NCBI GenBank assembly: GCA_001822835.1 | Contig: MHSS01000005.1 | Location: forward strand, 1,719-65,718 | Reading direction: 5' to 3' | Source of the DNA: Candidatus Terrybacteria bacterium RIFCSPHIGHO2_01_FULL_48_17 | GTDB lineage: Bacteria > Patescibacteriota > Minisyncoccia > Terrybacterales > 2-01-FULL-58-14 | DNA: 64,000 nucleotides | Part shown: one piece after another, positions 19,240 through 28,165 of the stretch | How the letters are laid out: each line of letters begins with the position of its first letter | Position numbering within the stretch: the stretch's first letter is position 1 | The notes under the pieces: generated by a model | What the model was told of the DNA's origin: nothing | The model's input: the letters and a program-made list of their open reading frames with translations, nothing else | Databases searched by the model: none | Program-made: the position numbers and the translations under genes

Positions 19240-20760
19240 TCACCGACCGGCAAACGTATAAATAATGTTTCGGGAATCCGCGACATTGCCGATGACAAGA
19301 TGAAATGTAATATCAATCGACTGGGCTACAGAAATCGTCTCGAAGATCCCCGGGCGCAAATAGTTCGTCACACCCGCGATACGATAGGTATTAACAGAGG
19401 TTCCACGGTTGTGTTGCGGAAAATACATGGCAAGCCCAAAATCCTGTGCGTTCACCCATGCACCCCACAATTCATTCAGGTTATGCAGTTCCGCAATATA
19501 GGGAAAATCGGCAAACGACGGCTCGGACAATAACGCATGTGTCCAGGGCGCATTTCCTTGATAACTCACAAAGCGATTCAGCCATGGTGCAGCAAACAAT
19601 GCCGGAAGCTCGTTGTTTCCCTGACGCGTGCTGCCGGAAGTTGAGGCACGGTACCGAACTATTACATGTTCCGGGACTGCAGGATCAAGCGTATACCACG
19701 CTTCAAGCATCGCTTCGCTTTCAACTGCTGTATTTACTCCCCCACCTTTATCATCCGGGTTCCATTGCAGCATAGCGGTTTTCACATACATTGTTCTGCC
19801 ATCGTTGGTATAAGAAATTACGCGGCTGCCGTGGTTGTGTTTATCGCCTCCTTGTACCGGGTTCCAACCCCAAGTTGGTGCATCGTGGCTAGGATATGTT
19901 GCATTTTGGTCATACAACGATGCCTGAATAAGCCGGCCGGTATCGTGTTCATCCACAAGGTTAAAACCGGCATGGCTGAACTCTACGAGTGCGCCGCCCC
20001 AACTTAAATTCGCGCCAAGGCGCAAGACGCTATTTTCAAGATAAGCGACGCCGGAAAAACCCGAAGGCACGGTCATGGTTTTGGGAGATGCGTGCAGTTC
20101 GGGATTCCCGCCGCCGCCAGAATTGATTGTCCATACAGAAATCGTATGTTCTCCCGGCGCAAGCACGGGAGGGTTCCAGGTAAAACCATGGTAAGGATCG
20201 CTTGCAACGCCTGCCGCCACAAGATCATCGCGCCGGTCATTGGCAGACACGGTACCGCGGTGAACGCCATCAATATAAATATGCACCTCTACGGGAGAAG
20301 AACCGGCATCGGCGTCATAAGCCCAGCCAGAAATAAGGGCTGGCGTTGCATTATCCAACACCCCGCGGGGCAAAGCGCTTGTCATAACCAACGTCCTTGG
20401 CGTTGGCAACAAGGGATTCGTACCTCCTCCAATATTTATGGCATAGGCCGCTATCGTGTGCGTTCCTGATGCCAACCCTTCTGGTACCCAACCAAATCCA
20501 TGATAGGGATCGGGAGTTATGCCCGCGGCAACGAGATCGCCACGGTGCTGGTTTGCGGTCAGGGAAACGGTTGGTGTACCGTCAACATAAATATGGACGG
20601 TAACAGGAGTGGTCGGAGCGTCGGCATCCCATGCCCAGCCAAAAATAGCGTCGGGTGCTGCATGGTCAAGACGGCCGCGCGGATCTGCAGCATGTGCGAA
20701 ATTTGTACCCAAAACAAAAAGCGCACCAAGCGCTACAAGAAATACAAAAAATCTTCCCAT
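19240..20760 (-). CDS. Secreted protein with two tandem ~105-aa beta-rich repeats plus C-terminal domain
   Basis: Signal peptide AHA-A; repeat PRG.LD.A....I.GWA.DADA...V.VHIY.DG...R.DLVAAG...DPYHGF.W twice. Confidence 0.8.
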   Translation of the reverse strand: MGRFFVFLVALGALFVLGTNFAHAADPRGRLDHAAPDAIFGWAWDADAPTTPVTVHIYVDGTPTVSLTANQHRGDLVAAGITPDPYHGFGWVPEGLASGTHTIAAYAINIGGGTNPLLPTPRTLVMTSALPRGVLDNATPALISGWAYDADAGSSPVEVHIYIDGVHRGTVSANDRRDDLVAAGVASDPYHGFTWNPPVLAPGEHTISVWTINSGGGGNPELHASPKTMTVPSGFSGVAYLENSVLRLGANLSWGGALVEFSHAGFNLVDEHDTGRLIQASLYDQNATYPSHDAPTWGWNPVQGGDKHNHGSRVISYTNDGRTMYVKTAMLQWNPDDKGGGVNTAVESEAMLEAWYTLDPAVPEHVIVRYRASTSGSTRQGNNELPALFAAPWLNRFVSYQGNAPWTHALLSEPSFADFPYIAELHNLNELWGAWVNAQDFGLAMYFPQHNRGTSVNTYRIAGVTNYLRPGIFETISVAQSIDITFHLVIGNVADSRNIIYTFAGR

Positions 20761-20805
20761 AACCGCAGTATACCACGAGCAGCGTATTTAAAAAAAACAT
20801 AAAAC

Positions 20806-20830
20806 GACAGCTCCCGACAGGGAGCTGTTT
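20806..20830 (-). terminator. Intrinsic terminator
   Basis: ACAGCTCCC-GACA-GGGAGCTGT. Confidence 0.65.
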
Positions 20831-20835
20831 GGAGA

Positions 20836-21054
20836 TTAACTCTCGTTGTAATCCCACTTGAAATCTACGACGTCCTGACCAAAGGCCTCCACGGCTTCAG
20901 AGCGTACGTGCTTGACAAGAGCGGACTCGCGCACAAGCTCGTTTGGATATTGTGCGATCCAGTCGGGGTCATGAAAAAGGCGACTGTATTGCGTAGTGGC
21001 CCACTGCCGAACGTCTGAACGCATGTCGCAAAAATCATCACCGCAACTACACAT
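20836..21054 (-). CDS. Small hypothetical protein (72 aa, MCSCGDDFC...)
   Basis: AGGAGG RBS before ATG 21054, own promoter and terminator. Confidence 0.65.
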   Translation of the reverse strand: MCSCGDDFCDMRSDVRQWATTQYSRLFHDPDWIAQYPNELVRESALVKHVRSEAVEAFGQDVVDFKWDYNES

Positions 21055-21095
21055 CAAAGCACCTCCTGTGTTTTTATAACTTGGAACCAAAAAGT

Positions 21096-21125
21096 AGCAT
21101 ACCATATAAGTATGCCCTTTGTCAA
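21096..21125 (-). promoter_or_regulatory. sigma70-type promoter
   Basis: TTGACA-18 nt-TATGCT with TG extension. Confidence 0.6.
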
Positions 21126-21153
21126 TACCAAAGCTCTTCCTGCGCAAACCGTA

Positions 21154-21883
21154 TTAACGATGACGGACGTCCTCCATTTGAAATGCCGGGGAACAGATGC
21201 ACACCACCACAAGATCTTCAGGGGCTTCGTTAAAGAGGCCGTGTTCTGTCTCAGGATCAATCCGAATCCAATCGCCGGATTCTAGGGGGTGGCGGACACG
21301 ATCAATCTCGATAAAACCCTTCCCCTCAACCACGTACACAAATTCCGTGCTCTTTTTGTGCCGGTGCGGCTGCTTGCGTCGTGCCGGATCATTCATAACC
21401 CAACCATACGCGATACTTAAATCGGGACGCGAAAAGGCATACGAAAGTATTTTGGCGCCGTCAAAACAGTCCTCTGCTTCCGGCAAAGAAAGCGGATATG
21501 TTTTGCCTGGGGAGAGCTTTTGATCGCGCAAATAAACGTCGTTTGGGTTAAATGGCGGTAGAGCGAAAACCAGGTGCTCCAGATACCCACTGCTTTTGTT
21601 TCGCAACATGTGCGCAACACCCGCTGGAATCTCGTATGCGCTTCCGGCAGCTACATCATGGCACGCTCCATTGGGTTCGGGGGGTACCGAGACAAAGTTC
21701 TCCATAACCTTTTGTAATAACATAAATCTCCGTCGTCGTTTCGTGATCGTGGAGGAGCGAAGCAGCCAATGGGTTCATAACCACATGCGCCATTGACCAT
21801 TGTGGCTGCTTTTCCACTTCGCGCAACACCTGTTCACAAATATTCACCGCGGTAGGAAGATCTCTAATATTAATTTTGGTCAT
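21154..21883 (-). pseudogene. Double cupin-domain gene with +1 frameshift
   Basis: First cupin (HDHETTTEIY) in one frame, its second half (IPAGVAH) and second cupin (HRHKKSTEF...TEH) in another; junction at G6 run 21679-21684. Confidence 0.8.
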
Positions 21884-22144
21884 ACGGAATCCGTACTGTA
21901 TTTTGAAGCGCCATTTGACAACATGATACCATGAAAAAATTTCTTTTGCCGGCATGCAAACATATTCGGATATCATTGCCTAAAAGAAAAACGCTCAGGA
22001 TTTTTCCTGAACGGTACGGTACTCCCATTTGGGAACATAAAAATGGGGGGTCGTTCCAAAAGATGGCCCGATATACCCAGGTATCCTAAATTAAGCTACG
22101 CAACATTCTGTGAGAAATTAATCAGATCGGTGGTACTAATTTAT

Positions 22145-22169
22145 ATCCCGACGCACCTCGGACGCATCC
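22145..22169. repeat. 25-bp motif copy D
   Basis: ATCCCGACGCACCTCGGACGCATCC, identical to 24275-24299. Confidence 0.9.
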
Positions 22170-22215
22170 AAGAGAGAACAAATAAGACACTGCGCGAGAG
22201 TGTTACATCTCTCGT

Positions 22216-23190
22216 TTATTGAAGAAGACCCATCAAGCTGTAAATAATGGACGGCTGGTCAGAGAAGAGCCAGTAGTACACGCGGTAATTCTGGTCACCG
22301 AGCATGATGATAGCCGGATCAATTGCTTCCGATTCGGCAAGAACAATCTGGGGTTTTTCAAAATGAATACCGTCGTTCGACACAAAACTGTAGATACCTC
22401 CTCCTTCCATTGGGGAGGACGCGAGAAGGAGGTAGCGGCCGTCCGGCAGAGTTGTCACAGAAGGATCAACGTAACCGGTAAGCTTCGTATCTTCTTTGGT
22501 AAAGATTAAGCCATCGCTGGAAATCGCAGAAACGGTGCCGTGGCCTGAAACAACGGAATCGGAAACGTAATACAGACGAACCCTTCCGTCTAAAAGTCGA
22601 AGCGCCTCCGGTACGCTTGCCCAACCTCGATCGTCGGTCTGTTCGGAATCGATACGCGTTCCTTCTTTCGTAAATAGCAGGCCGTCTAATGAAATGGCCG
22701 AATAAATCTTATGAATTGCCTTGCCGGGGCCACCCATGCCGTCGGCACCCTTGTAGTACAGGCGTACCCGGCCGTCGGAGAGTGTGACAAGCGTCGGATC
22801 GCACACTACTGCTTCATTACCGCTCCCCGGACCTATTCTCGTTCCGCTTTCCTTCGTGAAATTCAGGCCGTCGGAGGAAATTGCAGAAAGGACGCCTCCT
22901 TGACCACAATAGTAAAGGCGTATGCGGCCATCCATAAGTTTATGCGCAAAGGGGATGCCGCCGGCAATCCTTTGTCCCGATTCTTTCGTCCAGGTGAAAT
23001 TCATTGCCTGCGGGCTTGAAGATACCCCTCGATCCTCTCCCCCGGGTTGCGATTGCGGCGCCATCGAAGTACCGCGGTCGGGAACAAATGCATTCTCAGA
23101 ATCCTTGGCGCGGAAAATAAAAAAACCGGTAACCAAAAGGCCGGCAATAAGAAAAACGCTCGCGATTAAAATAATCTTTTTTGGCACCAT
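22216..23190 (-). CDS. Membrane-anchored beta-propeller protein (glycoside hydrolase/sialidase-like repeats)
   Basis: Repeats of DP....L.DGR.RLYY...SAIS.DGL.FTKE. Confidence 0.75.
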   Translation of the reverse strand: MVPKKIILIASVFLIAGLLVTGFFIFRAKDSENAFVPDRGTSMAPQSQPGGEDRGVSSSPQAMNFTWTKESGQRIAGGIPFAHKLMDGRIRLYYCGQGGVLSAISSDGLNFTKESGTRIGPGSGNEAVVCDPTLVTLSDGRVRLYYKGADGMGGPGKAIHKIYSAISLDGLLFTKEGTRIDSEQTDDRGWASVPEALRLLDGRVRLYYVSDSVVSGHGTVSAISSDGLIFTKEDTKLTGYVDPSVTTLPDGRYLLLASSPMEGGGIYSFVSNDGIHFEKPQIVLAESEAIDPAIIMLGDQNYRVYYWLFSDQPSIIYSLMGLLQ

Positions 23191-23289
23191 TGCTATTTAT
23201 TGTACCATGACGTGTTTCCGTCGTATTCGAACCCTGTTTACAGTAATCTTTTGGTAACCTTACTGGCCGCTGTCTTTACCAATGCAAAT

Positions 23290-23916
23290 TTAATTGCACG
23301 TACAGATCTTATAAGGACCCCCGGCGGCCGTATTGTCCATTCCCGCATACGTCGTGTCGGTCGGGCAATCGCACGAATCGGGAACCGGCAATCCGGCTAC
23401 CCCAACTCCCCCGCTCACTGAACGGCAAGGGTAACCCCACTCGGCTGATGTCTTGTAGCAAGTGACGCTTCCGGAATTGAACTGCCCGCTATCGACGTCT
23501 ATTTTTGGCAGCTTGATATAGCCCTGCGAGGCCAAGAACATTATTGCAAGAATAATAAAAAGAATTATGAAAGGTACTGCTCGCGCCATATCGGTTTGCT
23601 TTGGTTTCGGAGCAGCCGGCCCTCCGTTGTCCTTTTTCGTATCGTCTTCAACTCCGCCATATACAATGTAGAGGAATCCTTTCCAAGCCCATTTTAATAC
23701 TAGATAGTACAAAAACACTGCTATCGCGAGGAAAATAAGATAGGTCGGCGGAAAATTGAGGAAGCTTTCTTCCACGAAGCTACAAACAACTACTTTCCTT
23801 TTCAGAAAGAACACGAGAAACAGAAGGAACAGTATAAGGAGCGGGAGCAACAGAAAAAATACTTTCGCTGCACGATAGTACCATTTCCGCTCAAGAGTTG
23901 ATTTCTTAACAGGCAT
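23290..23916 (-). CDS. Hypothetical membrane protein with Cys-rich C-terminus
   Basis: Three hydrophobic helices; six Cys in last ~56 aa. Confidence 0.7.
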   Translation of the reverse strand: MPVKKSTLERKWYYRAAKVFFLLLPLLILFLLFLVFFLKRKVVVCSFVEESFLNFPPTYLIFLAIAVFLYYLVLKWAWKGFLYIVYGGVEDDTKKDNGGPAAPKPKQTDMARAVPFIILFIILAIMFLASQGYIKLPKIDVDSGQFNSGSVTCYKTSAEWGYPCRSVSGGVGVAGLPVPDSCDCPTDTTYAGMDNTAAGGPYKICTCN

Positions 23917-24004
23917 ACGCTTTCACTCTACCATACTTCCGGATTTCCGGATAAGTCGTAAAAAAACCGCTCGAACAGCGCTTTTTCGCGAGGGGCTCCT
24001 GAGA

Positions 24005-24071
24005 ATCCGACGCACCTCGGACTCTGAACTCATCGAGCCTGAGGCCCTCAGAGCCGAATGGCCTATCTCAA
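24005..24071. repeat. Motif copy C, interrupted by 33-nt insert
   Basis: CCGACGCACCTCGGACTCTGAA-[33 nt]-CCTATCTCAA; matches 27735-27760 once the insert is removed. Confidence 0.85.
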
Positions 24072-24274
24072 ATTGTAGCCCCTCGTCGCTGTGGATCCTC
24101 GAGACACGGAAATTTGCAATCGCGCTACCCAATGTAGCCCCTCGCTGCGGCTCGGGACACTCAAATTTTCATCCAATCGCTGCGCTCTTGGGAAAATTTG
24201 GTGCAGGCCAGCTCGGTCTTGAACAATCCTTGGCAGTAACCCACAAGCGTTTTCGGGGTATTTTTATTCTAACC

Positions 24275-24299
24275 ATCCCGACGCACCTCGGACGCATCC
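24275..24299. repeat. 25-bp motif copy B
   Basis: Identical to 22145-22169. Confidence 0.9.
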
Positions 24300-24418
24300 G
24301 AAGCGGGGCAAATGAGACCCGCCTACGCCTATCGGCTACGGACGGGCAGGCAAACGAGATAGTTTTTAGGGGTGTGTCTCACCGTGTCTTGTTTGCTTCA
24401 TTAATTTAACTTTTCTCT

Positions 24419-24673
24419 TTATTCCGCACCTTCACCTTCTGCTTTAGCGGAATCAATCCCGCCGATTTTTACCAAATCCTGATAGGTCATTTGCAGAAGC
24501 CGCTTCTTGGAATGTTTGGTTAAAATCTGGGACGCGATCTCAATCACATTTTTCCCGGCCTTGCCGGTCCGGAGAAGAATTGCCAAAAGCTCCGAGTCCT
24601 TAAGATTCTCGGCACCTTTGGCGACAAGCTTCTCCCGCGGCCGCTCAATTTTTGGAAGATCTTTTATTTTCAT
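24419..24673 (-). pseudogene. radC: Truncated RadC/UPF0758 (N-terminal part only)
   Basis: IKDLPKIERPREKL..GAENLKDSELLAILLRTG; ends after the HhH, JAB domain absent. Confidence 0.85.
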
Positions 24674-24810
24674 TTTTGTTTTGAAACCAATTTAATAATG
24701 TCTTCTTTGCGATAGCGCCGATCGCCTCGATTGCCAAAACGAATCGCTTTCAAATATCCCTTATTATCCCAATTGCGGAGGGTGTTTGGGTGGCAACTAA
24801 GGATAGATTA

Positions 24811-25539
24811 TCACTTCTCTAAATAACTTAAAATTTTCTGTTCAAGAATTTTTCTGAAGTCGCGCAAATGCATGACGTGACTTGCGGGCAAAAACTCCCG
24901 CAGTTCACGGCGAAAATCAATCTTTGACTCCCGCAGCAGCTTAAGCGCTCGAGTCAAGTTTTCTTTTTCTTTCACAATCGGATAATTACCGGACAGTAAA
25001 AAGAAATAATCGTAAAAATCCCTTGGTTTTCGACGGTCAATAAGCGCTCGTATTTTCCCTCTCATAATTTCATCTTTCGGCAAATGGATTAAAGAATAAG
25101 CCGGAATGTAATCATTCTCAATAAAAGCGGTAATTCCTTTTGAGTTTCTGCCGTTTCTCAACGAAACTTGAATTTCAATGGGGACTTTTTTGCCGTAAGC
25201 GAAAAAATAAGCCCTGCCCAAATAACCGCCGGTGGTCGCCTTACCTTCTTCCAATTCAACGCGAATCCCCGTATTTTCCACACCAGCAAGAGTGTTGGTA
25301 AAGATTTCCTCCACTTCCCGTTGTCTTATATTAATCCCGGTAAAATCCAGATCTTCCGAATACCTGGGACTGCCAAAAACAATCCGTAGCGCTGTTCCAC
25401 CTTTAAAAAGTAGCCGTTCGGAACGCGGTTGTTGATAAAGATACGATAAAAACAAATGCTGGCAGTATTCCCGCGTCACATTTTCCGCGTTTGTCTGCGC
25501 TTGTTTAATAAATTTTGCGAGGTTTTCGGTATTCAGCAT
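24811..25539 (-). CDS. AbiEii/AbiGii nucleotidyltransferase toxin (type IV TA)
   Basis: FKGGTALR, RYSEDLDF, K..AL..R.KPRDFYD. Confidence 0.9.
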   Translation of the reverse strand: MLNTENLAKFIKQAQTNAENVTREYCQHLFLSYLYQQPRSERLLFKGGTALRIVFGSPRYSEDLDFTGINIRQREVEEIFTNTLAGVENTGIRVELEEGKATTGGYLGRAYFFAYGKKVPIEIQVSLRNGRNSKGITAFIENDYIPAYSLIHLPKDEIMRGKIRALIDRRKPRDFYDYFFLLSGNYPIVKEKENLTRALKLLRESKIDFRRELREFLPASHVMHLRDFRKILEQKILSYLEK

Positions 25540-26131
25540 AAATATGTTTAACTAATTCAAGTATGCCGGGACGGTCAAATAGTTTGACAAACGCCTCAAG
25601 TTTGGATTTATCTATGTTTTTCAAATTCAGTCGGTCATTGAGCATCTTCTTTTTCAAATCAACAAAATACAGATGGTCCGCCAGTGCCTTTTCCGGCTCG
25701 GCAACGAACGCTTTCCAGCCGTCAATTTCCTTCAAGCCATAGCCGGTATAGGCCTTTTTCTTGATGCGCTGATACATAAAACTGCCGATTGGCGTGGTAT
25801 ATTCCCGGGTTTTTTTGGGGGTAATGGAAGTAATCGCATACACGGTTTCCGGAATAATGCCGTAATAGGAAAGGGCCGTTTCCAAAGAAACATATGACGG
25901 TTCATACATTTTATTGGCAATATAATAGTGAGAAGGACGGCTATCTTTTAGCAGGTATAATTTGTTGCGCAGTTTTAAAAATAAACCGCTTTTCACATTG
26001 TTTAAAATAAACATGGAGGCGGACTTTTCTGACACGTTAAAAACAAGCCGAAACTCTCGGGGCGTAAACACCATAAACCCAGCGTCTTTAAGACGCTCCT
26101 CCACTTCTATGCTTTGTAATTTTTTAGCCAT
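25505..26131 (-). CDS. AbiEi-type antitoxin/transcriptional regulator
   Basis: N-terminal wHTH-like, PSYVSLETALSYYGIIPE, AEPEKALAD; overlaps toxin. Confidence 0.88.
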   Translation of the reverse strand: MAKKLQSIEVEERLKDAGFMVFTPREFRLVFNVSEKSASMFILNNVKSGLFLKLRNKLYLLKDSRPSHYYIANKMYEPSYVSLETALSYYGIIPETVYAITSITPKKTREYTTPIGSFMYQRIKKKAYTGYGLKEIDGWKAFVAEPEKALADHLYFVDLKKKMLNDRLNLKNIDKSKLEAFVKLFDRPGILELVKHIYAEYRKPRKIY

Positions 26132-26141
26132 AATATAAGTA

Positions 26142-26196
26142 AAATGCCCGTTTCACTTTTTCTATCATATCATAGAAAAAATGAAATGGACAATTT
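26142..26196. promoter_or_regulatory. Inverted repeat, probable AbiEi operator
   Basis: TTTCAcTTTTTCTAT-catatc-ATAGAAAAAaTGAAA just upstream of antitoxin start. Confidence 0.65.
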
Positions 26197-26360
26197 CAGT
26201 ATACCGTAAGATGAGACCTTGGATCAAGTATCAAAAACAGCCGCTTTTAAGGTGGCTGTTTTTGTTGAAAAATTGAGGACGTCAAAAGTCCCGGGCGCGG
26301 CACGGTCCATAGAATCATTTACCCTGAGCGCAGCCGTAAATAACGTCCGGCGGTTTTCGT

Positions 26361-26579
26361 TTACGGGGTCTTCGTGAGTTTTGCCAGCTTATGCTTCCGC
26401 CACAAATTTCTTGCTATCCAGAAAACGAGAACGGCTCCTAGAGCCCCCCAGAGGAAAATTTGCCCCATTTGTTCGGCTCGCGCTGTTGCGAGGATTTGCT
26501 TGCACTCCTCCGTGAGCGGCCCGGAGCTAGCTTTACAATATGCAATGAAATCTTCTCGTGTGAGTTGTGCGCCCAACAT
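26361..26579 (-). CDS. Small membrane protein
   Basis: Two Cys, C-terminal TM helix and basic tail. Confidence 0.5.
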   Translation of the reverse strand: MLGAQLTREDFIAYCKASSGPLTEECKQILATARAEQMGQIFLWGALGAVLVFWIARNLWRKHKLAKLTKTP

Positions 26580-26683
26580 GTTTATATATTAGCATAATTC
26601 GACGCGATGACTCGAAGAAACACAAAACCGCCGAGTGTTCAGCGGTTTCCTGTCTTGAATACGGCGATCAATGGTATGCCTTT

Positions 26684-27010
26684 TTATCCGAATACCAATA
26701 CCTTGTCCGATTCCTCGACCATCTTCACGAGGTCTTTCATGGTAGTAACGGGGCAGACCTTACTCTCCGACTTTTCCCGGACATGTAAACAGGTTTCACA
26801 GGCGAAAAGCTGTCCCCCGAGACCCTTGAATTCTTCAACCTTCTTGGAGATGTCGAACTTCTCGGTGTCAGCGATGTCCTCAATCTCCACTCCTTCGCCG
26901 AAAAGAAATAACCCAACCGAATGATCGGCCTTCCATAAGGCAATGGCTAAGCGGAATGTATTCCAAACACGTTCCGGCGTGTTGGATTGCAGGATAATTC
27001 CGATTTTCAT
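26684..27010 (-). CDS. DsrE/DsrF-like protein
   Basis: LFLFGEGVE, ACETCL, DLVKMVEESDKVLVF. Confidence 0.85.
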   Translation of the reverse strand: MKIGIILQSNTPERVWNTFRLAIALWKADHSVGLFLFGEGVEIEDIADTEKFDISKKVEEFKGLGGQLFACETCLHVREKSESKVCPVTTMKDLVKMVEESDKVLVFG

Positions 27011-27015
27011 GGGGG

Positions 27016-27693
27016 TTAACTCAATGCTTTTTTCTTCTCCTCAAATTCGCTCTTATCAATCTCGCCTTTCGCATAGCGCTCTTTGAGGATATCAAGCGCT
27101 GACTTACCGCCTCCCCCGCTTTTTGTTTGGCCGACAATCCATTTCACGAGCGCGACAATACCGGCGATAATCAACGCCCACCAGAGAAGCATAAAAATCC
27201 AGCCGAACCAGCCGTAGCCAAAGTTCATCATATTATTTATAGAATTAGACCCGGAGGGAGACGACCATCCTCCCGTCATCATGTTCATCATAGGCATCCA
27301 GCTGCCGCTTCCGGCAGGAAGCGCCGCCGACGTGTCGCAACCGGAAAGCCGTTTGCCCATCACAATATGAATTTGTTCTTCGCCTGCTTCGCCGTGCATC
27401 TGGATCATCATGGCATTCATGGCGGCGTGCGACTCTCCCATCATCTGCCCCATGAAGTATTCGCCGAGGACGCCATAAAGCTCATCGTCGAGATCGGCGC
27501 AATTGATTTCTTTGGATTGAAGCCGTTCCCATAACGCCCTTCCTTCCTGCTCTTCGCGGGCGGTATGCTCAACAACCTCATCCCAGTCCGCCGAAGAATT
27601 CGAAAATCCGCGCATCATCATTTGAGCGTTTGCGCCGAACGCCCAAGCGCCTATGGCAGAAACAAATAGAACAAATAAAAGATACCTCTTCAT
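27016..27693 (-). CDS. Met-rich membrane protein with C-terminal SHOCT domain
   Basis: Signal peptide, HAAMNAMMIQMHG, TM, ALDILKERYAKGEIDKSEFEEKK. Confidence 0.85.
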   Translation of the reverse strand: MKRYLLFVLFVSAIGAWAFGANAQMMMRGFSNSSADWDEVVEHTAREEQEGRALWERLQSKEINCADLDDELYGVLGEYFMGQMMGESHAAMNAMMIQMHGEAGEEQIHIVMGKRLSGCDTSAALPAGSGSWMPMMNMMTGGWSSPSGSNSINNMMNFGYGWFGWIFMLLWWALIIAGIVALVKWIVGQTKSGGGGKSALDILKERYAKGEIDKSEFEEKKKALS

Positions 27694-27734
27694 GCTTTTA
27701 TACTAATATCAAACCCCTTATTCGAATATGGATA

Positions 27735-27760
27735 CACCTCGGACTCTGAACCTATCTCAA
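27735..27760. repeat. Motif copy A abutting tRNA-Trp 3' end
   Basis: CACCTCGGACTCTGAACCTATCTCAA, 2 nt from the CCA end. Confidence 0.85.
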
Positions 27761-27762
27761 GG

Positions 27763-27836
27763 TGGCAGGGGATGAGGGAATCGAACCCCCGACTGCGGTT
27801 TTGGAGACCGCCGGTTTACCACTAACCTAATCCCCT
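27763..27836 (-). tRNA. trnW: tRNA-Trp(CCA)
   Basis: AGGGGAT/ATCCCCT acceptor, GCGGT-CTCCAAA-ACCGC anticodon arm, GTTCGATTC, encoded CCA. Confidence 0.95.
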
Positions 27837-28072
27837 ATTAAATTTTTTAATAATGCATGCGCCTTGCCACCACCTTTAAAATAGCGTTCCCGATTTACTG
27901 CCGCCTTCTTTGTATCAAAGCTTTCGCTGTATATCAAAATAAGTGGCCGTCTGTGTTGTGTCGAGGCAACCATTCCCGCGTTATGTTCTGCGATACGACG
28001 TTCAGGGTTTTTTGTAGAACCCACATATAATCGGCCATCTTTTTTGCTCCTCAAAACGTAAACAATGTGCAT
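27827..28072 (-). CDS. Small GIY-YIG nuclease family protein
   Basis: VYVLRS..DGRLYVGST..PERRIAEHN.G...ST..RRP, RERYFK. Confidence 0.9.
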   Translation of the reverse strand: MHIVYVLRSKKDGRLYVGSTKNPERRIAEHNAGMVASTQHRRPLILIYSESFDTKKAAVNRERYFKGGGKAHALLKNLIGD

Positions 28073-28075
28073 AAT

Positions 28076-28144
28076 GTGACGGAGGGAATCGCCCCGCAAC
28101 TGCGGGGTTGGAGACCGCCGTAATGGCCCTTATACCACGCCCCT
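28076..28144 (-). pseudogene. Degenerate tRNA-Trp copy
   Basis: AGGGGCGTGGTATAAGGGCCATTACGGCGGTCTCCAA then decayed T arm (GGGGCGATTC) and non-pairing 3' acceptor strand. Confidence 0.75.
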
Positions 28145-28165
28145 ATGCCCGCACGCGGCGCGGGA

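Noticed and set aside
22145-27760. 25-bp motif as CRISPR repeat or integron attC
   Set aside because: Spacing is irregular (0.2-3.4 kb), there are no RYYYAAC/GTTRRRY ends and no integrase in the window
27763-28144. GIY-YIG as an intron-encoded endonuclease in a split tRNA-Trp
   Set aside because: The downstream tRNA is complete by itself, the upstream 5' strand AGGGGCG does not fully pair with its 3' strand, and there is no room for a group I core
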